The notes under the pieces are model-generated. The model was not told the origin of the DNA, searched no databases, and saw only the letters and a program-made list of their open reading frames with translations. From positions 1,276,069 through 1,340,068 of the forward strand of contig CBDEGF010000003.1 in NCBI GenBank assembly GCA_965237685.1: a DNA stretch of 64,000 bases, in the 5' to 3' direction. Numbering within the stretch: position 1 is the first letter of the stretch; the number at the start of each line of letters is the position of its first letter. The stretch comes from Candidatus Marinacidobacterales bacterium. GTDB taxonomy: Bacteria; Acidobacteriota; Vicinamibacteria; Marinacidobacterales; SMYC01. A program made the position numbers and the translations under genes. Below, one piece after another: positions 44,581 to 55,862 of this stretch.

Positions 44581-44730
44581 TGTTTTCCTCCCAGCCTGAG
44601 GTTACACAGTCAGCCAGCGTTTGTCCAGTCCTTTTTTCCCTCTCTCTCTGCCCGCGAGAAAAACAACACACCCGGCGTTCAGCTTACCGAATCGCCCCCA
44701 CGTTCTCACGCACTACTACCGCAAGGACAC

Positions 44731-44738
44731 ATTGCGTC
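44731..44738. repeat. target-site duplication (ATTGCGTC), right of IS copy B
   Basis: Identical octamer at 41590-41597. Confidence 0.85.
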
Positions 44739-45605
44739 CGGCTCACGAATGACGTCCCAATCAGGCGCCACACGAGCCATGTCGCGGGCGAATCGTTCCT
44801 CGAGGCGGCTATCGTACCGCCGGGCCTCCGATGAAGCAAACAGCGGATCGCCGGACTGAAGTTGAAAGGTCACGTTCTCGCCGCGCAGCACCGCCAGGGC
44901 GGAAAGGTCGAACCGAGGACAGCGAGCCAGAAGTGGCACCAATTCGGCAAGAGCTCTACCGTAGACGAGCGTACGGCGGAAGAGCGAGAAAGGACCAGAG
45001 ATCGAAAGTCGCGCCGCGCCGGACTCGCCTTGAACCGTACAGATGAGCCCCCGAAGCCGCGCCTGGCGCACGACGACCCGTGCGTTTTCGTAAACCGAGA
45101 GGTCAACCTCCGCGGCTCGCCGCAGCACGGATTGCGCGAGCGCAAGATTGACGCGAAGCGCGAGCTCTTGGGGCCCTGGCGGCTCATCCGGCGCACGAAC
45201 CAGACGCTCGTCCGGGAGGTCGGAAAACAACGCTAGCTCCAGATCAGCCGGACTCACGACGAGGCGGCGAGCTGCAAGAGCCAGGACATCATCGCGGCGC
45301 CCCCGCGGAGCCTCCGCAGCCAGTCCGAACACCTCGGCACGGGCTCGCACCGCAGCAAGCCGACTCGGTGCCTCAGATTTCCAGAGCCGCTTCAACACCA
45401 CCGTCGCCGCGCGGAGCTTCCTCCAAGGCGCCGCGCAAGCAAAGGGCTCTCGCAATCGCCTATCCAGCTCCCGCTGACGTCTTCCTTCGAAGCGCCGGAA
45501 CTCGTCGATCAAGACACGCAACCACGCGTGATCGTGCGCTCCAAGGTAGTCCAGGCGCGCAATACGGTCGCGAACCCTAATCGGCAAGAAAGCTTCGGCT
45601 AACAA
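44731..45605 (-). pseudogene. DUF790/Bax1-like nuclease, N-terminal part (5' portion of the gene split by IS copy B)
   Basis: LLAEAFLPIRVRDRIARLDYLGAHDHAWLRVLIDEFRRFEG... Probable TTG start at ~45605, overlapping the last codons of the helicase gene. ORF-track ATG 45752 would overlap the helicase by 175 nt. Confidence 0.55.
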
Positions 45606-46212
45606 GACTTTCAGCCCGCCGCACCGCCTGGCGCACTTCAGACGTTCCTCGCACGACCATCTCGTAGATGAGCGCGCGTTTCCCTTCGCCCGGCCGCAAG
45701 ACGCGTCCCACGCGTTGGACGTGCTCACGCTCGCCCATTGTTCCGGCGACAACGATCCCGATCTCCGTGTCTGGAACGTCGACTCCTTCGTTCAACACCC
45801 GGGCGGAGACAAGCACCCGGAGCTTGCCTTCACGGAAGCGTTCGAGTACCGCTTCCCGTTCCCTTCGCCGGATGTCACAAGTGAAAGGCATGATGAGGTG
45901 TTTGCGGGCAACCTCGTAGGAAGTCTCGTTGTCCGCCACGAACACGATGACCTTCTGCGCCCGGTGACGTGCAAGCAGCACGCCAAGCGCCTTACGCTTG
46001 GTGTGCGGATAAGCGAGCAGTTGCCTGGCGCGGCGCCACGCTGCGATCGCACGACGTCCGTCGTCCGAGCGCGCTGCCATCCGGACAAAGGTCTCCCATG
46101 ACGCGCCAGGATGAAGTTGGCGAAAACGTCGGAACGGTTCCCGATACAACCGGCTCCACTCCTCGTAGTCGCGGCGCTCCTCGGTTGTGAGATCGAGTCG
46201 CAGGGTCACCAC
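45577..46212 (-). pseudogene. XPB-type superfamily-2 helicase, C-terminal half (motif III to motif VI) only
   Basis: VTLRLDLTTEERRDYEEW (TATPER-like), KVIVFVADNETSYEVARKHL (motif IV), ERFREGKLRVLVSARVLNEGVDVPDTEIGIVV (motif V), GTMGEREHVQRVGRVLR (motif VI). There is no Walker A anywhere upstream. Confidence 0.6.
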
Positions 46213-46221
46213 GTCGAAGGG

Positions 46222-46476
46222 ACGATTTGTCTCGTTCCCACCCGTGCCCTGCTTGAGCAGTGGGTGCGGGTCGTCCGTGAGAGCTATCAGGGACCGGTTG
46301 GTTGTTTCGGCGATGGGGAGCGCGTGCTCCGACCAGTGACGGTGGCCACGTTCGAGAGCGCCTACCGCTACATGGACCGGATCGGCAATCAGTTCGATCT
46401 GCTAATCGTCGACGAGGCCCATCACTTTGGTGGCGGTGCGCGCGACGAAGCCTTGGAGTCCATCACCTCCTCCTGA
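46222..46476 (+). pseudogene. XPB-type helicase motif Ia-II segment in inverted orientation (flipped in place)
   Basis: TICLVPTRALLEQWVRVVRESY...PVTVATFESAYRYMDRIGNQFDLLIVDEAHHFGGG lies on the plus strand. The rest of the helicase is on the minus strand starting 10 bp away. Confidence 0.55.
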
Positions 46477-46694
46477 AAGGCTCGGCTTGCACCAGTCCGC
46501 GTGCGGCCTCACGGATCTCCGCCAGAACCGCAAGATGCTCGTTGGTCCAGGTAGTGTCCGGCGCGGAAGCGTCGTGTTCATCGCCGAGGCCGGCCGTCTT
46601 CGAGGTGCGAAGACGAGACAGAATCTGATCCCGTATCCGTCGTGCGTTCGTCGATGCCCTCGATCAGGCCGCAATGGGGGCTCATCGATCGCCC

Positions 46695-46901
46695 GTGCTG
46701 CCCTTCGGGTTGTGGAAGCACGCGACCCTTCATGCCCGGCAGATCGAGCCCCAGGACATGCGCGATGGTGGGCGCGAGATCGTAGATGCTCACTGCCCGG
46801 ATACGGCGGCCGACCTTCACTCTGGGACCGATCGCCAGAAACGGAACCTTCATCTCCGCGTAGGCCGGGAGGTGGCCGTGCCCGTGATACGCCGTTTCCG
46901 A
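46695..46901 (-). pseudogene. alkaline-phosphatase-superfamily (nucleotide pyrophosphatase/phosphodiesterase-like) C-terminal ~70-aa fragment
   Basis: SETAYHGHGHLPAYAEMKVPFLAIGPRVKVGRRIRAVSIYDLAPTIAHVLGLDLPGMKGRVL matches the C-terminal end of the NPP/AP family. There is no catalytic N-terminal part. Confidence 0.4.
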
Positions 46902-47003
46902 TAGCACGCGGGACGTGGAATCGCTCTCCTCATCGACAATGGGGCGCGTGTTCCGGTCACCGCGTACAAGGCTTAGTAACATGCAACGTATACTGGATCT
47001 CCC

Positions 47004-48137
47004 ATGCATTCTCGTCGGGGCTTCGCCCTCTTCCTTCTCGGCACCCTCGTGTCGAGGGGCGTGAGCGCTCAGCCCGCGACACCACACGCCGGGCTCTATA
47101 CGACGGACCCCGGCGATTTTCTGTTCACGAAGTTCGGACATGCTGCCTTGTGCGTCGTCTCCGAGGAGTGGCCCCAAGGCCTGTGCTTCAACTATGGCAC
47201 GACGGATTTCTCGAGACCGGTAGGGCTGACCGTCGACGTGCTGCGCGGCCGCGCAGAGTTCTTCGTGTCGCTCAGCACACTCGAAGAGCTGGTGGCGCAC
47301 GCCCGCTACGGTGACCGCACGCTCTACCGTCAGACGCTGCCTCTAACGGAGGAACAGCTCGCGGCCCTCGGCCGCCGGCTCCACCACGACTCCCTTCCCG
47401 AGAACCGCAACTACCGGTACGACCATTTCTTCGACAACTGTGCGACGAAGCCGCGGGATCTCATCGACGAGGCGACGGGCGGCGCGTTGCGGGGCTGGAG
47501 GCCGTCGGAAAACCCGACGTTCCGACAGCTCGCAAACCAGGGCCTGAGTTTTCACTGGGGAGTTCTGATGGCAAGCGATCTCTTCCTCGGACGCGTCCTC
47601 GACCGGCAGACGACGCCCTACGAATCCATGTTCCTTCCGGCCGTGCTCAGGCAAGGCGTCGCCGAACAGCTTGGCGCCGATCCGGTCGTCCTCTATACGA
47701 GGCAGGCCCCTCTTCGAGCGGTCGATGTCGCCGCTGCTCGACGAGTCACATGGTTCCTCTGGGGCGGGGCGGCGCTGCTTCTCGTTGCGGGAATGCTGCG
47801 TGCCGCTACAGTCCACAATCTGTTCCGTACGATCGCCGCGAATCTCCTGGGTGTCATGGGGGTCTTGATGTTCGTCCTGATGATCGTGTCGCCGGAAGAC
47901 GAGATCCGCTACAACGAGCTGCTCCTCGTCTTTCTGCCGACGGATTTCCTCCTTGCTTCGAAAAACGTCCGCCTCGCTCGAGGCTACACCAGTGTGCGAC
48001 TCGCGATGCTGCTCGCGGTGGCGCTCGCTGCGCTGACAAGGGTTTTCGTCCAGCCGCTATGGCCCTTCTGGACGGCGGCCTTGCTCATGATCCTTGCGAC
48101 GAGGCTGAGGGCTCCGGAGCTCCGTCCCTCAGCCTGA
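47004..48137 (+). CDS. DUF4105 (Lnb N-terminal periplasmic domain) protein with a C-terminal membrane region
   Basis: ORF track. Signal peptide. TKFGHAALCVV...CFNYGTTDF pattern. Four or more C-terminal TM helices. Confidence 0.55.
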   Translation: MHSRRGFALFLLGTLVSRGVSAQPATPHAGLYTTDPGDFLFTKFGHAALCVVSEEWPQGLCFNYGTTDFSRPVGLTVDVLRGRAEFFVSLSTLEELVAHARYGDRTLYRQTLPLTEEQLAALGRRLHHDSLPENRNYRYDHFFDNCATKPRDLIDEATGGALRGWRPSENPTFRQLANQGLSFHWGVLMASDLFLGRVLDRQTTPYESMFLPAVLRQGVAEQLGADPVVLYTRQAPLRAVDVAAARRVTWFLWGGAALLLVAGMLRAATVHNLFRTIAANLLGVMGVLMFVLMIVSPEDEIRYNELLLVFLPTDFLLASKNVRLARGYTSVRLAMLLAVALAALTRVFVQPLWPFWTAALLMILATRLRAPELRPSA

Positions 48138-48202
48138 CGCGACGACGCCGACTTGAGAGGCCCGTCTCGCGGCGTTAGATTGGAAGAGACTCGAAAATCC
48201 AT

Positions 48203-48862
48203 ATGCCCAAAATGAAGCTGAGGCGCTACCTCGTCGCGGGTCTTCTCGTGTGGATCCCACTCGGCGTAACGCTTCTCGTTCTCAAGATCCTGGTCGACCT
48301 GATGGACAACACGCTCCTGCTGATTCCCACGGCTTACCGGCCGGAGACCTGGCTGGGTTTCCGGGTCCCGGGCCTGGGCGTGCTCCTCACCATTGTTCTT
48401 CTCCTCGCGACGGGCTCCCTTGCCGCCAATTTCCTCGGCCGGCGCCTGCTGGGCCTCGGGGAATCCCTCGTCGACCGCATTCCTCTCGTTCGCTGGGTCT
48501 ATTCCGGGGTAAAGAAGGTCGCTGAAACCCTGCTTTCACCTCGAAGCGAGTCTTTCCGGAAGGTGCTTTTGGTCGAGTACCCGCGCAAGGGGATCTGGAG
48601 CCTCTGCTTTCAGACGGCGAGCTCTCTCGGCGAAGTTCAAGCGCGTACGGGCCAGGAAGTCGTGTGCGTCTTCGTGCCCACGACACCCAACCCGACCTCC
48701 GGCTTCATCATCATGGTTCCGAAGGACGAGGTCACCGAGCTCGACATGACGGTAGACGAGGCGCTCCGCATGGTCATCTCTCTCGGGGTCGTGGTGCCGG
48801 AGTGGCGAAAGCGCAAGCTGGTGGAGGAACGGACGCCGGTCGTCGCCGAAGAGACCGTCTAG
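48203..48862 (+). CDS. DUF502 family membrane protein
   Basis: ORF track. Two TM helices and the signature ...VFVPTTPNPTSGFIIMVPKDEV. Confidence 0.75.
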   Translation: MPKMKLRRYLVAGLLVWIPLGVTLLVLKILVDLMDNTLLLIPTAYRPETWLGFRVPGLGVLLTIVLLLATGSLAANFLGRRLLGLGESLVDRIPLVRWVYSGVKKVAETLLSPRSESFRKVLLVEYPRKGIWSLCFQTASSLGEVQARTGQEVVCVFVPTTPNPTSGFIIMVPKDEVTELDMTVDEALRMVISLGVVVPEWRKRKLVEERTPVVAEETV

Positions 48863-48943
48863 ACTGTCGCTGGAAGGCGAAAAGGACGAACCGCCGAGAC
48901 AGCTAGCCCCTCACAGCAGACCGACACGGCACGGCTGCTCGAC

Positions 48944-52193
<3,250 letters not shown>

Positions 52194-52195
52194 GT

Positions 52196-52762
52196 TTAGT
52201 GAGTCAGATAGGCAAACACGTCGGCCGAGGCGCTGCGATCCGTCGTGTTGTAGAGATACAACCGATAGCTCGGAAACCCAATCGGGAGGCTCGGGCTCGA
52301 CCCGCTGAAGTAGAAAGCTCCGCCGGCGAGACCCGCCTCGGTCTGAAGCGGCAGATGCACCTCGCCTTCCGCGAAGGCTCGCAGGATGGCTTCCTCCTCT
52401 GGAATGAGGACGACCCCGAGAGCTCCGGGGACGCTGGGATTCCCCTTCAGCGTTCCGTGGACGCTCAGCACGACATCGGTGAAGCCGTCGGTCTCGAGTC
52501 GCCCCGCATCCACCCACAGGTTGGTCTCGTCCCGAGACGCCGGGCCGACCACGAGGTTCTCCACCCGTGCCATGGCGCTGTGCGGGATCGGCATGTTGAC
52601 GGTGACTACTCCCCGAATCGGGTGGGGTGATTCCAGGTTCACGACCAGCGAGCGGGACACGTCCCCGCCGGTCTGAGCTTCCGCACCCACCGTCGAGATC
52701 CTTGCGAGGAGAAGGGCACCGAGGACCAGCAAGACCGCACCAGACATCGCTCTTCTTGTCAT
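52196..52762 (-). CDS. secreted hypothetical protein
   Basis: ORF track. N-terminal signal peptide (MTRRAMSGAVLLVLGALLLA). No recognisable domain. Confidence 0.4.
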   Translation of the reverse strand: MTRRAMSGAVLLVLGALLLARISTVGAEAQTGGDVSRSLVVNLESPHPIRGVVTVNMPIPHSAMARVENLVVGPASRDETNLWVDAGRLETDGFTDVVLSVHGTLKGNPSVPGALGVVLIPEEEAILRAFAEGEVHLPLQTEAGLAGGAFYFSGSSPSLPIGFPSYRLYLYNTTDRSASADVFAYLTH

Positions 52763-52832
52763 CTCAAGCCTCCCAGGTCAGTACCTGATGAGCTGCTATA
52801 ATCCGGCCCATCCGACACGACGGAGATACAGT

Positions 52833-54902
52833 ATGAAACCAAATGACTTCGCGTCCAAGTTGCTGATCGCGCTCGTACTCGCCGCCACTCCACTCGCCTC
52901 TTTGGCGGGCGAAGCGGACGATTCGAGATTTCGCCCCATCGACGTGTTCTCTCTCGAGTGGGCCTCGGACCCCCGGATCTCGCCAGACGGCTCACACGTC
53001 GTCTACGTCCGGAACTACATGGACATCATGAAGGATCGCCGGCGCTCGAATTTTTGGATCGTCGACGAGAACGGCGACAACCACCGGCCTCTGACAACCG
53101 GTAACGAGAACGACCTTTCTCCCCGCTGGTCGCCGGACGGCAAGCGCCTGGCTTACGTTTCGGCGGCCGACGGGTCGACGCAGCTCTACGTGCGGTGGAT
53201 GGACACCGGACAAACGGCCAAGCTGACGAATCTCACGAGCTCGCCGAACGGCTTGTCGTGGTCCCCCGACGGTCGCTGGCTGGCCTTCTCGATGTCCGTG
53301 CCGGAGTCTCCACCGCCCTTCGCCGAGATGCCGCCGAAACCGGAGGGCGCGGAATGGGCCAAGCCGGCAAAGGTCATTCGCAAATTCACTTATCGCGCCG
53401 ACGGGGCCGGCTATCTGAGAGACGGCTACACCCAGTTGTTCGTGGCGCCGGCCGAAGGCGGCTCTCCGCGCCAGCTCACCTCCGGTGCGTTCAACCATGG
53501 CGGCCGTCCGTCGTGGACGCCGGACGGCAAAGCCCTGGTGTTCTCCGCGAACCGGCACGAAGACTGGGAGCACGAGCCGCTGAACAGCGAAGTTCACGAG
53601 ATCAGCCTCGCCGATCGCTCGATACGGCAGCTGACCGATCGAAACGGTCCGGACGCCGCACCGGTGGTGTCGCCTGACGGCTCGCGCATCGCCTACCTCG
53701 GCTTCGACGACCGATACCAGGGTTATCAGGTTACGAAGCTCTACGTCATGAATCGTGACGGGAGCGACAAATCAGTTCTCACCGGAGCACTCGACCGAGA
53801 TGTCCAGTCTCCGGTCTGGAAGGCAGATGGCAGCGGTCTCTTCTTCTCGTACGACGACGAAGGTGATACGAAGATCGCCTTCGTGCCGATGGACGGTGAC
53901 GTCCAGGTGCTCGCCGGCCAGCTCGGAGGTACCTCGATCGGAAGGCCCTACGCAGGCGGGTCCTTCTCCGTTTCCACCGACGGCGCATTCGCCTTCACGT
54001 ACTCCGAGCCCGAGCGACCTGCGGATGCGGGAGTCGGCCGCCGCGGGAGCCAGGTAAAACGACTGACCGACCTCAACGAGGATCTGTTTGGCCACAAGGA
54101 GCTCGGCTCCATCGAAACGATCCGGTTCGACTCCTCGCACGACGGCCGGAAGGTGCAGGGTTGGATCGTCAAGCCGCCTGGCTTCGAGCCCGGAAAGAAG
54201 TATCCGCTCATCCTCGAGATCCACGGAGGCCCGTTCACCAATTACGGAGGTCGTTTTTCCGCGGAGGTGCAGCTGTTCGCCGCCGCCGGCTACGTCGTCC
54301 TCTATACGAACCCACGAGGCAGCACGAGCTACGGCGAGGAGTTCGGCAATCTCATCCACCACGCCTACCCGAGCGAGGACTACGACGATCTCATGTCCGG
54401 CGTCGATGCCGTCATTGCCAGAGGCTATGTCGACGAGAGCAATCTCTTCGTCACCGGAGGAAGCGGGGGCGGTGTCCTGACCAGCTGGATCGTCGGGCAT
54501 ACCGACCGCTTCCGCGCGGCGGTGGCGGCCAAGCCGGTCGTCAACTGGTACAGCTGGGCTCTCACCGCCGACATGTATGGCTACGGCTGGAAATACTGGT
54601 TTCCGGGCTTCCCCTGGGATCACACCGAGCACTACATGAAGCGCTCTCCCCTCGCCTACGTGGGCAACGTCACCACACCCACGATGCTGCTCACCGGGGA
54701 GGAGGACTACCGAACTCCGATGTCCGAGTCCGAGCAGTTCTATCAAGCCTTGAAGCTCAGGAAGATCGACGCCGCACTCGTCCGAATCCCGGGGGCCTCC
54801 CACGGGATCGCCGCCCGACCCAGCAACCTCATTTCCAAGGTGGCACATATCCTCGAGTGGTTCGAGATCTACCGGGTCGAGGACGTCCCGGCGACCAACT
54901 AA
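52833..54902 (+). CDS. S9-family serine peptidase (N-terminal TolB-like beta-propeller plus prolyl-oligopeptidase-type alpha/beta hydrolase)
   Basis: ORF track 52788. Start at MKPNDFASKLL (signal peptide). Propeller blades SPDGSHVVY, SPRWSPDGKRLAY, SWSPDGRWLAF. Catalytic TGGSGGG (GxSxG), D and H in the C-terminal part. Confidence 0.85.
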   Translation: MKPNDFASKLLIALVLAATPLASLAGEADDSRFRPIDVFSLEWASDPRISPDGSHVVYVRNYMDIMKDRRRSNFWIVDENGDNHRPLTTGNENDLSPRWSPDGKRLAYVSAADGSTQLYVRWMDTGQTAKLTNLTSSPNGLSWSPDGRWLAFSMSVPESPPPFAEMPPKPEGAEWAKPAKVIRKFTYRADGAGYLRDGYTQLFVAPAEGGSPRQLTSGAFNHGGRPSWTPDGKALVFSANRHEDWEHEPLNSEVHEISLADRSIRQLTDRNGPDAAPVVSPDGSRIAYLGFDDRYQGYQVTKLYVMNRDGSDKSVLTGALDRDVQSPVWKADGSGLFFSYDDEGDTKIAFVPMDGDVQVLAGQLGGTSIGRPYAGGSFSVSTDGAFAFTYSEPERPADAGVGRRGSQVKRLTDLNEDLFGHKELGSIETIRFDSSHDGRKVQGWIVKPPGFEPGKKYPLILEIHGGPFTNYGGRFSAEVQLFAAAGYVVLYTNPRGSTSYGEEFGNLIHHAYPSEDYDDLMSGVDAVIARGYVDESNLFVTGGSGGGVLTSWIVGHTDRFRAAVAAKPVVNWYSWALTADMYGYGWKYWFPGFPWDHTEHYMKRSPLAYVGNVTTPTMLLTGEEDYRTPMSESEQFYQALKLRKIDAALVRIPGASHGIAARPSNLISKVAHILEWFEIYRVEDVPATN

Positions 54903-54957
54903 GGTGAGTAGCGGGCTCGGGCACGGGCAAGTGTGAGGCAAGGAAACGATCAGACAC

Positions 54958-55668
54958 ATGAGCGAAGGCAAACAGATCTCCCCATGGGTGTACGTTGGCT
55001 GCGGTTGCGCGTCGGGGATCGGACTCCTCGTCCTCGGCGTCGTGGGGCTGGGGTTCTGGGGCTTTCACAAGGCCAACGAGTTTGCCGAGTCGCTCGAGGA
55101 TCCCGATCAGCGGCGAGAGAAAGTGCTGGATGTTCTCGGCGCGGAGACGTTGCCCGACGGCTACTACCCCGTCATTGGCATGTCGATTCCGTTCGTCATG
55201 GACGTGGCGGTGTTGTCGGACCGGGAGCCTGACGAAGATGGGCACCCTTCGCCCGCCTCCGAGTACGAGTTCGTCTACTTCGAGATGATGAGTTTCGGCC
55301 AGGAGCAGGACGGCGTCGTCGATTTCTTCGAGGGGAGGACGGACGACCTGTCGGCCCTCGAGCAGCACGGAATCCAGGTGGACGTGCGCGAGCACGTGAC
55401 CCGCGGAGAGCTCGATCGGATCGATGCCCGCATGTTGTGGGTCGCCCTTCGGGGAGACGTCTACAGCCAGCAAACGGCCGGCGGGCGCGACGGTCTGACA
55501 ACGCTCATCATGATCGATTGTGACTCCGACGAGCGCCGACGGATCGGCATCTGGTCCGGTCCGGATCCGGCTCCCGACGCGCTCGCCGGGGAGATACCCC
55601 TCGAAGGCACAGTCGCCGACGCGGTGGCCATCGAGGCCTTCATGGCCCCGATGAACCCCTGCAGGTAG
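54958..55668 (+). CDS. hypothetical membrane-anchored protein
   Basis: ORF track. Single N-terminal TM (WVYVGCGCASGIGLLVLGVVGLGFWGF). Confidence 0.4.
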   Translation: MSEGKQISPWVYVGCGCASGIGLLVLGVVGLGFWGFHKANEFAESLEDPDQRREKVLDVLGAETLPDGYYPVIGMSIPFVMDVAVLSDREPDEDGHPSPASEYEFVYFEMMSFGQEQDGVVDFFEGRTDDLSALEQHGIQVDVREHVTRGELDRIDARMLWVALRGDVYSQQTAGGRDGLTTLIMIDCDSDERRRIGIWSGPDPAPDALAGEIPLEGTVADAVAIEAFMAPMNPCR

Positions 55669-55704
55669 GTCTAGTGCACGAACCCTCCGCGGCCCCCTCA
55701 CCCG

Positions 55705-55742
55705 CCCGGCCTTCGCGTGAAGCTTCGGCCGGTCCGCCGGAG
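55705..55742. repeat. short dispersed intergenic element, copy 2 (GCCCGGCCTTCGCGTGAAGCTTCGGCCGGTCCGCC)
   Basis: Near-identical to 24338-24376. Also intergenic. Confidence 0.6.
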
Positions 55743-55862
55743 TCGGCCTTGCCGACGAAGGCGGCTCCCCCAGCGGGGGAGAGGCAAAACTGAGATGAGC
55801 GGTATCGACTTTCCCGCAAACCCCTCCAGCAGCCAGGTCACTTCCACGGCTTCGAGAACCTC

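Larger units (their letters stand above)
41598..44730 (-). mobile_element. IS66-family insertion sequence, copy B (3133 bp, inverted relative to copy A). It has the same TIRs, an 8-bp target duplication ATTGCGTC, and is internally rearranged and defective.
   Basis: ATTGCGTC at 41590-41597 and at 44731-44738. Relative to copy A, ~690 bp spanning the accessory-gene 3' end and the tnpC 5' end are missing. A ~95-bp internal tnpC segment is duplicated (43515-43610 matches 43815-43905). A few SNPs versus copy A. Confidence 0.9.

Noticed and set aside
53772-54971. 399-aa minus ORF opposite the S9 peptidase
   Set aside because: Antisense shadow ORF.
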